From Verrucomicrobiales bacterium (GTDB taxonomy: Bacteria; Verrucomicrobiota; Verrucomicrobiia; Verrucomicrobiales; SLCJ01), in NCBI GenBank assembly GCA_046075565.1, contig JBJTQJ010000082.1, forward strand, positions 1 to 64,000: 64,000 nt of DNA, written 5' to 3'. The translations under genes and the position numbers were made by a program. The first letter of the stretch is position 1. The number at the start of each line of letters is the position of its first letter. Of this stretch, positions 9,481-19,289 are shown piece by piece. Below the pieces are notes generated by a model. The model ran no database searches and had not been told where the DNA came from. It worked only from the letters and a program-made list of their open reading frames with translations.

Positions 9481-10452
9481 TCATCCAGTGCCGCTACCGT
9501 CCGTGCTCGCCTCGAGTATGGCGGCCAACGTGTGGAGGGCGTTGCCCTCGAGGCGGTTGTTTACGTAGATGGAAAGCGGCTTGCCGTCCTTCGTAGCGAT
9601 CGCCTCGCGGATCATGGTGGCGGCGGTGGCCCGGACTTCCGGCAATGGTTCCTGAATCCGGTCATAGGGGGAAAAGGCATCCACCGCTTCCTGATAGGGG
9701 CGTCCGCTCTTCAGGAGCAGGCGCGCGCCGACAGGCACCCGCGTGAAGTCGGGCGGAAATTGCTTCCATTGTTCGCCGATCGCTGGCATCCGCTGCCATT
9801 GGTTGTAGATATGCCCGACGCCGTGATGTTCTAGCAAATCAAAGTATTCTTTCCTCAGCAGGGACGGGTTGCGGAGTTCGACGGCGTGCAGATAACCCGG
9901 AAGCAGGGCGGAGAAGAACCGGTCGAGTGCGTCGAGGAAATCGCGCCCGCGTTCGAAGTCGCCCGCATGGAAGCGTGTGAATTCAAGGATGAGCAATCCC
10001 GTTTTGTCTCCGAGCGGGGCCAGCGCTCCGAGGAACGCGTCGGTGTAGAGCGCGGGATCGAGAAAAGAAGAATTCAAATGCCCCGCCTTGGGGCCGTGGC
10101 GGGGAAGATTCGGAAACCGCCGGGCGGTGATCTCATCGGTCACTTTGAAGGCGAAACGAAAATCCGACGGAGTGAGCGCATCCAACGAGGCGATGAAACT
10201 CGCTGCCGGGAAACGATAGAATCCGGCATCCACACAAACGGTTGGGAAAACAGCCGCGTATTCGGCCAGGCAATTTCTTTCGAAAGCGGCTTCCGAGAAT
10301 TTTTCGCGCGTGAGGTAATTCTGTTCGTCGTAAATTTGACCGAGCCAGCCCGGATATTTCCACGATGAGGTTCCGAGCCACACTCCCCGCTTTGCCAGAT
10401 CACGGAGCCGATCTTTCCAGGCAAGGATGGGATGGTCAGGGTTGGAGAACAT
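9481..10452 (-). CDS. DUF72 (YecE-like) protein
   Basis: LGTSSWKYPGW, YAAVFPTVCVDAGFY, FRFAFKV, AVELRN, YVNN motifs. Confidence 0.88.
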   Translation of the reverse strand: MFSNPDHPILAWKDRLRDLAKRGVWLGTSSWKYPGWLGQIYDEQNYLTREKFSEAAFERNCLAEYAAVFPTVCVDAGFYRFPAASFIASLDALTPSDFRFAFKVTDEITARRFPNLPRHGPKAGHLNSSFLDPALYTDAFLGALAPLGDKTGLLILEFTRFHAGDFERGRDFLDALDRFFSALLPGYLHAVELRNPSLLRKEYFDLLEHHGVGHIYNQWQRMPAIGEQWKQFPPDFTRVPVGARLLLKSGRPYQEAVDAFSPYDRIQEPLPEVRATAATMIREAIATKDGKPLSIYVNNRLEGNALHTLAAILEASTDGSGTG

Positions 10453-10482
10453 GGATTCACCGCATCATAAACCAAGGCGTCG

Positions 10483-11556
10483 TTAGGGGCCATATCTTCC
10501 GCCGGTTTCGTTCACGGGAAGCTGTGGGCGCGAGGCATCCGGTTGATCGCGGGCCGTCCAGTGATTACCACGAAAGACGAAGGTATCCGGGGCGGTGGCA
10601 TCACCGATGTTGATTTCGGTGCAAACCTGCGCGCGCTGGAACTCAATGCGGTTGTCGAGGATGCTCACCTTACGGCATGGAACAAAACCCGGCGCGCGGG
10701 TTTCCTGGAGAATGCGGAAGATCCATTTGCGCGGCAGGATGATGTGATTGTGAGAAAACTCACAGCCATCCACCCCCACGAAGGCGGCCGCGCATTCACC
10801 GCCTTCGATGCGATTGCGCCGCACGGCGATACGCGTGGCTTCGGCCTTGGCATCGGGCGGGCGGATGAATTCGAGTCCGGTGGAGCCGCCGATGTTGAGC
10901 GGTCGGGCGGTGGCATCAAGAAAGGTGCAGTCTTCCACGATCACCCCGGAGCTTCCTCCCTTCAGTTGGATCCCGGCCGTGCCGCTGAAACCTTCCTTTC
11001 CCTGCAAATGGCAACGCCGGATATGCGACTGGTGGCAACCGACAAAGTCGATGCCCTGCCCACCCCAGCCATGGATGCGGCAATCCTCGATCACCACTTC
11101 GAGGAGACCGGAGCATTTGATGCCATCGAAATTGCCCATGGGTCCGATGTCGCTCACTTCAAGGTGCTGCAAGGTGATGCCTTTGATCGGTCGGAGCCGA
11201 TCCCCGCCGTCATCGATGTTGAGGCCATTGTGTTTTTGCCCGCTGATCCGCAAGTGGGAGACCTTGAGACTCTCGCAGCGGGAGAAGTGCCATGCCTGAT
11301 TACCACCGGTGAAGCTGGGTTTCTGTTCCGGGTCCAGCGCCGTGATGTGAAAATCGTTCACCTGGGACACGGAATACCCGCCGCCATATTCGCCCGGTCC
11401 CAACTTCAGCGTGGTGCCGTCGCGCAACTCTCTGAGCGCGTTTTTCAACTCGGCGGCCTGATGCACGACGCGTTCCGTCCGCTGGGCCGATGAAGGGGCA
11501 CACGAAACCACCAAGGCGAGCAAAAACACGGGGAAAGAGCGCATGGTCATTTCCAT
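10483..11556 (-). CDS. Exported right-handed parallel beta-helix protein
   Basis: Signal peptide with possible lipobox (VVSC); periodic beta-helix repeats (DGIKCSG, GIDFVGCH, GIQLKGGSS). Confidence 0.8.
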   Translation of the reverse strand: MEMTMRSFPVFLLALVVSCAPSSAQRTERVVHQAAELKNALRELRDGTTLKLGPGEYGGGYSVSQVNDFHITALDPEQKPSFTGGNQAWHFSRCESLKVSHLRISGQKHNGLNIDDGGDRLRPIKGITLQHLEVSDIGPMGNFDGIKCSGLLEVVIEDCRIHGWGGQGIDFVGCHQSHIRRCHLQGKEGFSGTAGIQLKGGSSGVIVEDCTFLDATARPLNIGGSTGLEFIRPPDAKAEATRIAVRRNRIEGGECAAAFVGVDGCEFSHNHIILPRKWIFRILQETRAPGFVPCRKVSILDNRIEFQRAQVCTEINIGDATAPDTFVFRGNHWTARDQPDASRPQLPVNETGGRYGP

Positions 11557-11658
11557 TTCTAGACGGCCTTTTCCCGGAAGACAAGCCCGGAGGCATCACG
11601 CGAAGGAAGGGTATTGGCCAAGAATCATTGGCCGGAGTATTCCAAGGGAATAATTCTC

Positions 11659-11735
<77 letters not shown>

Positions 11736-11807
11736 GTGGCGGGAAGGGGAATTTAGGCGGGACACCATTTCCCGCAAGAGAAATTTTGAAAAGCGGGGAC
11801 CGCCGCT

Positions 11808-12599
11808 TCAAGTCTGGCAGCTCGAGCACCAACAGGTGGTGCGACCGGCGATGGTTTCGCGGGCGAGCGGGGTGTGGCAGCGGGCTCGGGGGCAAGTATT
11901 GCCTGATTCCCAGCGATGGTTCATGAGCCAGTCGTCGGGCAAATCACCCCAATCGGGGGCGATGGTTTCCAAGGCCTTGGCCGCGACATGCTTGGTTTCT
12001 TTCCAAAGGCGGTGGGCACCGGCAGGCGGCAGATCGCCGACCCGGCGGGCGGGGTGGAAGCGGGCGCGCCAGAGGATTTCGTCGGCCATCCAATTGCCAA
12101 TGCCGGGGAAGAGGGATTGGTCGAGAAGGACGGCTTTGAGCGGTGCGGAGCGGCGGCGGGCCAGCGCTTTGGCAACGGATTCGGCGGTGAAGCGCGGGTC
12201 ATCAACCGCGGGCGGGAGATTCGGGCGAGGGTCGGTGGAGGTGGTCGGTCCAACACGGCCGAACATCCGGGGGTCGCGGAAAACCAGAGTGGCGGATCTC
12301 ATCCGGAGGGTCCAGTGGTCGTGTTTCCCCGTTTCGTGATCGGGTTTCTCCACGAGCATCTCACCGGTCATGCCGAGGTGGACGCGGACAAAAAGCGAAC
12401 CCGAAAAAACGAGGAACATCTGTTTGCCGTGACAGAACGAATCCTTCAGGATGCGTCCGGTGAGCCCGGTGGTCAACGCGCTGTAGTCGGCCTCGCGGAA
12501 GACTCGGGCCTTGGGATGGCCGTCCGCAGCGAGGACTTTCTTGCCGTGGAAGGTTTGCCAGCGGCGGCGGTAGTATTCGACTTCGGCGAGTTCGGGCAT
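11808..12599 (-). CDS. Fpg/Nei family DNA glycosylase
   Basis: MPELAEVE, HLGMTG, DPRMFG, GIGNWMADEIL (H2TH), C-terminal Zn finger. Confidence 0.92.
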   Translation of the reverse strand: MPELAEVEYYRRRWQTFHGKKVLAADGHPKARVFREADYSALTTGLTGRILKDSFCHGKQMFLVFSGSLFVRVHLGMTGEMLVEKPDHETGKHDHWTLRMRSATLVFRDPRMFGRVGPTTSTDPRPNLPPAVDDPRFTAESVAKALARRRSAPLKAVLLDQSLFPGIGNWMADEILWRARFHPARRVGDLPPAGAHRLWKETKHVAAKALETIAPDWGDLPDDWLMNHRWESGNTCPRARCHTPLARETIAGRTTCWCSSCQT

Positions 12600-12638
12600 G
12601 GCGGGAACTCTACGATGGACCCAAAAACCCGGACACTG

Positions 12639-13718
12639 TTATACTTTGCCTTCTTCATCCCCGTCCTGTTCCCCGGATTCGGGATCGGCGGGTTTGAAGT
12701 GGAAATGGGCGAGGGGTTTGACGAGGCGCGCGGGCAGGGGACGGACGCGTTCGAGCACATTGCGGCCGACTTCGGGTGAGGTTTCGTAACCGCGGAACAT
12801 CATTTCGAGTTTGGCGTCGATGTTATCCACGTGATGCAGGACCATGGCCTCCGGGGTGCGGGGAAGCACCGGCGAACCGAATTCATATTCGCCATGGTGG
12901 GAGGCAACAAGATGGAGCAAGTGAATGCGGACGTGTTCGTTCGCGGGTTCGAGTGATTTCCACTCTTCGGCTTCCTCGTTCTGCATGAGGTCGCGCCAGA
13001 GGCGATTGATGAGTTCGAGTCCGATGGTGATGTGGCCGAGCATTTCCCCGGCTTCCTGCACGGGCATGACGAAGCCGTTCTCCGGAAAGGAGTTTTCCCA
13101 GAGTTTGCCGCAGTCATGGAAAAGCACACCCGCGAGAACGAGGTCGCGATTGAGGATGGGATAGACACCGCAGATGGCATCGGCGGTGCGCATCATCTGC
13201 GCGACATGTTCGACGAGTCCGCCCCGTCGGGCATGGTGGTAATCGCGGGCGGCGGCGGTCCTTCGGAACCTCTCGCCGTAGTCATCGAGGAACCATTGGC
13301 AGAGGGTGCGCAGTCGCGGGTCCACCATACCGGCGACAAAACCAGCAATATCGTCCCAGTCCTCCTCTTGTTTCTGACGCAGCGACTCGGACCCGTGGAG
13401 CACGGCGGCGATTTCCGCCTCATCGAGCAGCGAGAGCCCCCAGTCTTTGCACTCGAGTCCGTAATTGCCGGTGGTCCAATCGCCGACAACCTCGATGAAA
13501 TTTCCCGTCTTGAGGCTGGAAGCCATGGGGAAAACCGGATTGTCTTCCCAGACCTTGAGGGTGAGGGAATCCTCGGCATCGCGCAGTCCGATTTCGAGGA
13601 AAGGTTTGCCGGTTTTCGTCACACGCTCGCGCACGGCCTCGACTTGGGAGCGAACGGCAAAGCGCCCGTTTGCCGCCTGTTTCACCTCACGGATTGTTGT
13701 CCAGTCATCATCGGCCAT
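12639..13718 (-). CDS. yhaM: 3'-5' exoribonuclease YhaM-like (OB fold + HD)
   Basis: OB fold TKTGKPFL..L.D; HHARRGGLVEH, LFHDCGK, GHITIG, SHHG...FGSP; start uncertain (13718 or 13766). Confidence 0.85.
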   Translation of the reverse strand: MADDDWTTIREVKQAANGRFAVRSQVEAVRERVTKTGKPFLEIGLRDAEDSLTLKVWEDNPVFPMASSLKTGNFIEVVGDWTTGNYGLECKDWGLSLLDEAEIAAVLHGSESLRQKQEEDWDDIAGFVAGMVDPRLRTLCQWFLDDYGERFRRTAAARDYHHARRGGLVEHVAQMMRTADAICGVYPILNRDLVLAGVLFHDCGKLWENSFPENGFVMPVQEAGEMLGHITIGLELINRLWRDLMQNEEAEEWKSLEPANEHVRIHLLHLVASHHGEYEFGSPVLPRTPEAMVLHHVDNIDAKLEMMFRGYETSPEVGRNVLERVRPLPARLVKPLAHFHFKPADPESGEQDGDEEGKV

Positions 13719-13879
13719 AGTATCATAATCCCACCGCAAAATCCCCATCGTGGCAAGGGAAAACATGCGCGCTCACCGGCTTTAGGGTATTCCCAATCCA
13801 GCGAAACTTTTCCCAACCGGGAGAATTTTCCGCACCTTTGGGGGATTTTCCTTGATCGTTAGGAGATATTAAGCATACA

Positions 13880-14449
13880 ATGAAGTCCATGAAAAACCGT
13901 TTCTTGCTTCCGTTGGCCGCTCTTCTTGCAGCGGGATCGTTTGCCCAAGCCGACCTTCAATTGAATGCTGGCGGGATTTATGCCCGCGGCAGCGAGGAAG
14001 ACTCGTTCGGATTCGAACTCGGGGCCGGGTTCTACTTCAAACACACCACCTCCGCCTTTTCCTCCTCCCTCACGCTGAATTATCTCGACATCTCAACCAT
14101 TGATGAGGAATCCGGGGACTCCAATGTCGAGGCCGGCTATGATGTGGTCGCGCTCGACTACCGCGTGGCCTTCCCGATCGCAGGCGACGCGCTCGACTTC
14201 TATATCGAAGGCTTGGCCGGTGTGGCCAATACCGATGCCAGCGCCTCCATCGACGACTTCGATTACAACGCCGCAGAATGGGGTTTCGCCTACGGGTTCG
14301 GTGGCGGCCTGCAGTGGAATATCACGCAGAACTTCGGTCTGAACCTAGGGTATACCTTCCTCGGACTCGACGCAGCCAGCGACAATGGCGTGGCGATTGG
14401 CGAGGACTCGCTGAATCTGATCCGCCTCAACGCGAGCTTCCGCTTCTGA
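13880..14449 (+). CDS. Small outer-membrane beta-barrel protein (OmpA-like transmembrane domain)
   Basis: Signal peptide, amphipathic beta strands, C-terminal Phe (ASFRF), AGGAG SD. Confidence 0.85.
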   Translation: MKSMKNRFLLPLAALLAAGSFAQADLQLNAGGIYARGSEEDSFGFELGAGFYFKHTTSAFSSSLTLNYLDISTIDEESGDSNVEAGYDVVALDYRVAFPIAGDALDFYIEGLAGVANTDASASIDDFDYNAAEWGFAYGFGGGLQWNITQNFGLNLGYTFLGLDAASDNGVAIGEDSLNLIRLNASFRF

Positions 14450-14480
14450 GTGGCAGCGAGCTTTATGTAACACCTTTACG

Positions 14481-14518
14481 AAAAGCCCCGGTTGGCGACA
14501 AGCCAGCCGGGGTTTTTT
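14481..14518. terminator. Bidirectional intrinsic terminator
   Basis: AAAAGCCCCGGTTGGC-gacaa-GCCAGCCGGGGTTTTTT between convergent genes. Confidence 0.8.
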
Positions 14519-14528
14519 CTTGGGCTGC

Positions 14529-15812
14529 TCAAGCCGCAGCTTCCTTCGTGCGTTTTGCCTCGGCGAGTTTGGCCTTGCTCCGGCCCTCGACGATATCCGC
14601 ATCGATGGTGATGGTGCCACCCTTGTCGTTGCCCGGCATCTCGAACATCACATCGAGCATGAGGGTCTCCAGAATGGAACGCAGGGCGCGTGCTCCGGTG
14701 CCGCGTTTCACCGCTTCACGAGCGAGCGCCCGCAGGCCGTCTTCCTGGAAGACGAGTTCCACGTTTTCCATGGCCAGCAGTTTCTGATACTGGCGGATCA
14801 TGGCATTCTTCGGTTCGGTGAGGATGCGGACCAAATCATCTTCGGTCAGCGGGGCGAGCGAAGTCACGACCGGCAGACGACCGATGAACTCGGGGATCAT
14901 CCCGAACTGGAGGAAGTCTTCCGGCTGCGCGCGTTGTAGGATCTCTCCCGGGCTCGCATCGCCGACGCGTTTGGTCTCCTCGGCTCCGAAGCCCAGCACG
15001 TTGCTGCCAAGGCGACGGCTGATGATTTCCTCGAGTCCGACGAAGGCTCCGCCGCAGATGAAGAGGATGTTTTCCGTATTCACCTGGATGTATTCCTGCT
15101 GCGGGTGTTTGCGCCCTCCTTGCGGTGGAACGTTGCAGATGGTGCCTTCGATGATCTTGAGCAGCGCTTGTTGCACGCCCTCGCCGCTCACGTCACGGGT
15201 GATCGAGACATTCTGCGTCTTGCGTGCGATCTTGTCGATTTCATCGACATAGATGATGCCGCGTTCGGCGCGTTTGATGTCGTATTCGGAAACCTGGACC
15301 AAGCGAAGGATGATGTTCTCGACGTCCTCGCCGACATAACCGGCTTCGGTGAGCGTGGTCGCATCGACGATACAGAAAGGCACATTGAGCAAACGGGCGA
15401 GGCTGCGGGCGAGCAGGGTTTTCCCGGAGCCCGTGGATCCTAACATGAGCACGTTGCTCTTCTCCAATTCGACGTCGTCGTATTTTTTCAGCGCCTCGGG
15501 GGTTTTCCCCTCGGAGCGGCCGAAGAGGCGTTTGTAGTGGTTGTGCACGGCCACCGACAGCACCCGCTTAGCGTGCTCCTGGCCGACAACATGAATGTCG
15601 AGATCCGCCTTGAGTTGGGCCGGGGTCGGAAGTCGGAAGTCCGCTTTGATCGGCTTCGCCTTGTCGTCCTTCAACTCCTTGTCGAGGATATGTTTGCAGA
15701 CGGTGATGCACTCGTCGCAAATGTAAACACCAGGGCCGGCGACAAGCTTGCGCACTTCCGACTGGCTCTTGCCGCAGAAGCTGCACATCGTGAGGTTGGA
15801 GGGTCTGGCCAT
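14529..15812 (-). CDS. clpX: ATP-dependent Clp protease ATP-binding subunit ClpX
   Basis: CSFCGK...ICDEC Zn finger, [23 protein letters not shown] loop. Confidence 0.97.
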   Translation of the reverse strand: MARPSNLTMCSFCGKSQSEVRKLVAGPGVYICDECITVCKHILDKELKDDKAKPIKADFRLPTPAQLKADLDIHVVGQEHAKRVLSVAVHNHYKRLFGRSEGKTPEALKKYDDVELEKSNVLMLGSTGSGKTLLARSLARLLNVPFCIVDATTLTEAGYVGEDVENIILRLVQVSEYDIKRAERGIIYVDEIDKIARKTQNVSITRDVSGEGVQQALLKIIEGTICNVPPQGGRKHPQQEYIQVNTENILFICGGAFVGLEEIISRRLGSNVLGFGAEETKRVGDASPGEILQRAQPEDFLQFGMIPEFIGRLPVVTSLAPLTEDDLVRILTEPKNAMIRQYQKLLAMENVELVFQEDGLRALAREAVKRGTGARALRSILETLMLDVMFEMPGNDKGGTITIDADIVEGRSKAKLAEAKRTKEAAA

Positions 15813-16028
15813 GAATCGAAAACGGGAAATGGGGGGCATTAGTATCGGCCGACCCATTGGTTCCGCAAGGACCAGATGGGCCGGACCCTTCCGGAACCCT
15901 CATTCTACCCATGAAACGCCGCCCACCCACCGGTTCCCAATCTTTTTTTCGCCCATCCGAAGATTTTTCTTGTCAAAGAGCCAACGATGAGGTTACAAAG
16001 TAGTTACAAAATCCCCCCCATGTAGTTT

Positions 16029-16811
16029 ATGGACCGAATTCGCTCCATTTTATGCCTCTGCATCGCAGCCGGGACGGGTATGGCGGCGGCCAATTCCCCG
16101 GATTCGTCGCCCGAATTGGATGTGGCGGCCGTCTTTGGCAGCCAGGCAGAGGCAAGGTTGACCCTGCCTTTGCCAGCGACGCTATTCGAGACCCGGAAGG
16201 CCGATCGGGTGATTTCCCGTTTTCCTGCCGGGCAGGAGGTCGTCGTTCTGGGTATGGATGGTCACGGCCTCCGGGTGCAAATGCAGCGCCCGCATGGCCC
16301 GCTTCGGGGTTGGATCAGCCGGAAACTGGCCATGGACGAGAGGCCCGAGGCGAATGCCGCCCTGGAAGCATGGTATCGAAGGGAACTCACGGTAGCCGGT
16401 TTACTGGGCAGCCGGCAGGCCGCCCTCAACCTTACGGCCATCGAATTGGAACGCATCTTTGGTGCCCCGACCCGGCGCACGCTTGCCCAGAGTCCCAACG
16501 GGGCTGGAGCCCGCATCGAAACCCTGGAGTGGATTCGCACCGAAAAAGTCGACCTCAACAAGGCCCTTGGTGGCGCCTTGGTCGGGTTGGACAAAAATTC
16601 CCCCATCGCCCACCCGGCGGTGGAAACCGGACGCCTGACCGCAGAATGCCGGGACGGTGTTGTCACCGCGCTCGATGGCACCCTCGAAGCCGGCAAGCCC
16701 GCCGCTGCCACGCAAATTTCTCCCCCTCTTCCCTGCCCGTTCGCCATCAAAGCCGTTTCCCCCCCTCCCGGCTGGCGCGGCGGGCAGGGAACTGCCCTTT
16801 TCGACTCCTAA
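16029..16811 (+). CDS. Hypothetical exported protein
   Basis: Signal-peptide-like N-terminus; fills the gap between clpX and the phosphoesterase. Confidence 0.7.
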   Translation: MDRIRSILCLCIAAGTGMAAANSPDSSPELDVAAVFGSQAEARLTLPLPATLFETRKADRVISRFPAGQEVVVLGMDGHGLRVQMQRPHGPLRGWISRKLAMDERPEANAALEAWYRRELTVAGLLGSRQAALNLTAIELERIFGAPTRRTLAQSPNGAGARIETLEWIRTEKVDLNKALGGALVGLDKNSPIAHPAVETGRLTAECRDGVVTALDGTLEAGKPAAATQISPPLPCPFAIKAVSPPPGWRGGQGTALFDS

Positions 16812-17653
16812 CCAACCAGTGTGAACAAGGTCATCTCGGGGCGCACATTGAACCGCACCTTGGTCAAATGCCCGATGCCACGGTTGATGTACAGCGAACG
16901 CCCGGGCTCGAGATCATAGAATCCGGCCGCGTAGCGTTTGTTTTTCACGGGCAAGGCAAACGGGGGAAGAAATGGTGCCCGGCATTGGCCGCCATGGGTG
17001 TGCCCGGAGAGGATCACACCACGTTTTCCCTGCCAGGCAGATTGATCGGCAATATCGGGATTGTGTGCGAGGGCGAGAAGTGCGGCACCATTTTTGTGGC
17101 CGCGCAGCGCTTCCTCGGTCCGGCATCGCTTGGCCCAGAGGTCATCACAACCGGCGATGATGAGGCCGGAGAGGTCGGCGGAAGTATTGCCGAGGATGCG
17201 GATGCCGCGTGCATTGAGGATGGAGCGCAGCTCACTGGCGAGGTCCTGCTGGGACCAGCCAGCTCCATAGTCGTGGTTGCCGAGCACCCCGAAGGTCGCG
17301 ACTTTTCCCAGTGGCAGCTCGGCGAGGATTCCTGTGATCTCCTCCAGACGCGAGGGGTCGGTATCGATGAAGTCGCCGGTATAGACCACGAGGTCGGGAT
17401 TCAGCTCACGGGCGCGGGCACAAACCCGCAGCAGGTAGGAAGCGGAGACGCGATCACCAGCGTGCAGGTCGCTCAAATGGAGGACGGTTTTCCCCTGCCA
17501 ATGCCCCGGCAAATCGGGCAAGGCGAGGGGGAGTTCCACCACTTCCAGCCATTCGGGCTCGATGGAGGTGGCGTAACCGAGGGCACCGAATCCGGCGACC
17601 AGACTGCCGCCAGCGGAATAAAGGAAGGCCCGACGGCTGATGGGAAAACGCAT
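16808..17653 (-). CDS. Calcineurin-like metallophosphoesterase (YkuE/YaeI-like), Tat signal
   Basis: SRRAFL twin-arginine; SDLH, GDFID, GNHD, AHNPD, SGHTHGGQ, NRGIG. Confidence 0.92.
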   Translation of the reverse strand: MRFPISRRAFLYSAGGSLVAGFGALGYATSIEPEWLEVVELPLALPDLPGHWQGKTVLHLSDLHAGDRVSASYLLRVCARARELNPDLVVYTGDFIDTDPSRLEEITGILAELPLGKVATFGVLGNHDYGAGWSQQDLASELRSILNARGIRILGNTSADLSGLIIAGCDDLWAKRCRTEEALRGHKNGAALLALAHNPDIADQSAWQGKRGVILSGHTHGGQCRAPFLPPFALPVKNKRYAAGFYDLEPGRSLYINRGIGHLTKVRFNVRPEMTLFTLVG

Positions 17654-17820
17654 GAGAAAAGGAGAGGATGTGTGAAATTGCGACACCACGTGAGATGCCC
17701 GCGTTCAAATTCTCCGACTGCACGCCTCCGGTCCGACAGGTTGTCAGCCCGCAGATTTCAGATTGCACCAAGCCATAAAAGGGCTAAACGTTTTCTCCGG
17801 TAAGTAGCGTCCATCCGAAA

Positions 17821-18579
17821 ATGAACACCGATATTGCCCGTATCGAATACAAATTTCACCTCACGCAGGAGGAATTTCTGGCTGTATTGCCGGAAATCGA
17901 AGGGCGTCTGGGGCCGGATCGGGTGGCGAATGTGGTCCGTTACCCGATTGTTTCGGAATATTGGGACAGCCCTAACCGGGACATATATTGGGAACGGATG
18001 CGGGGATTGAAGGAACGGCGCAAATTCCGCATTCGCATCTACGGCACTGCAGACGGGGCGATTCCGCCGGCCGCATTCCTGGAAGTGAAGCACAAGAGCT
18101 TGGGGCGGGGAGTGAAGCGTCGGCTGCCCTGGAATGTGGCGACCCTTGGCCATGTGCAGGAAGGGATGGTGGAACAATTGTCGGCGGGCATGGCCGACTG
18201 CGAACGCAAAGAGCAGAACATCCGCAACGAAATCCTCCTGCTAGTGGAACGCCGCAAATTGGAACCGGCCTGCCAAATCCGCTACGACCGCATGGCCTAC
18301 GAAGGAGGCGGGGCGGAGGAAGAATTCCGGATCACGTTCGATACGGACATCCGCTGCCGGATGAAAGCTCGGGTGCTCGTGCCCGATTGCCACGACTTTC
18401 CACTTGAAGTCAGTTCCCCCGGAGTGCATGTAATGGAGGTCAAGGCCCACAGGGTCATGCCCTATTGGATGCGAAATCTGATCGGGCGACACCACCTGTT
18501 GCCACGCGGGTTCAGCAAGTATGGCACGGCCATGGAACTCCACGACCCCGTGCTCCGGGGAAAAACCCGGGCCGCCTGA
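17821..18579 (+). CDS. VTC (polyphosphate polymerase-like, CYTH/TTM fold) domain protein
   Basis: RIEYKF, SEYWDSP, RRKFRIRIYG, FLEVKHK, YDRMAY, RITFD, MEVK, FSKY. Confidence 0.88.
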   Translation: MNTDIARIEYKFHLTQEEFLAVLPEIEGRLGPDRVANVVRYPIVSEYWDSPNRDIYWERMRGLKERRKFRIRIYGTADGAIPPAAFLEVKHKSLGRGVKRRLPWNVATLGHVQEGMVEQLSAGMADCERKEQNIRNEILLLVERRKLEPACQIRYDRMAYEGGGAEEEFRITFDTDIRCRMKARVLVPDCHDFPLEVSSPGVHVMEVKAHRVMPYWMRNLIGRHHLLPRGFSKYGTAMELHDPVLRGKTRAA

Positions 18580-18596
18580 TTCCAAACCAACGGACC

Positions 18597-19289
18597 ATGC
18601 AAGAACTTCTCGATGCTGTGACCGAAACGTGGGGGCAAGACACGCCCGCTCCCACGGAGGTGCTCTTCGCCATGGCATTGAGTTTCGCCCTCAACCTGCT
18701 TATCGGTCTGGTTTACAAAAGCACGTATCGGGGGACCAGATATTCGCAGGACTTCGTGCAGGCGCTTGTTCTCATCGGTTCAATAACGACGATCCTGATC
18801 ATGGTCGTGCAGGGCAACGCGGGGATCGCGTTCGGGATGTTCGCTGCGTTTTCCATGATCCGGTTCCGGCGGGACCTCGGTCAGTCGCGGGATTTGGCCT
18901 TCGTTTTCTTCGCGATGGCGACGGGTATGGTGGTCGGCGCACGTTATTACACGATGGCCTTGATCACGACGGTCATCGTGGCGGCGGTGGTGGCGGTATT
19001 GAGCAAAAGGGATGCCTTCGCGCCGCGCCGCGCCTCGCACCGTTTGCTCGTGCGGGTGACCAACGAAATTGATTTCGAAAACGCCTTCGCGCCCATCTTC
19101 GCGGATTCGGCCGATGCGATCGAATTGCTGAGCGTGGAGAGCGTGCAAGCGGGCATGATGACGGAGCTGCGCTATGGCATCCAGCTCCGCTCCGGGGTCT
19201 CGTTGCGCGATTTCATCGAACGCATGCAATTGGCCAACGGCAACAACCGTATCGTGATTTCTAGCAATCAGAGGGACCTCACAACATGA
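18597..19289 (+). CDS. DUF4956 membrane protein
   Basis: YSQDF, AFGMFAAFSMIRFR, DLAFVFFAMATG plus ACT-like C-terminus; usual partner of bacterial VTC genes. Confidence 0.85.
   Translation: MQELLDAVTETWGQDTPAPTEVLFAMALSFALNLLIGLVYKSTYRGTRYSQDFVQALVLIGSITTILIMVVQGNAGIAFGMFAAFSMIRFRRDLGQSRDLAFVFFAMATGMVVGARYYTMALITTVIVAAVVAVLSKRDAFAPRRASHRLLVRVTNEIDFENAFAPIFADSADAIELLSVESVQAGMMTELRYGIQLRSGVSLRDFIERMQLANGNNRIVISSNQRDLTT

Noticed and set aside
11808..12599. Assigning the symbol mutM
   Set aside because: PELAEV variant may be a paralogue; family is clear but orthology is not
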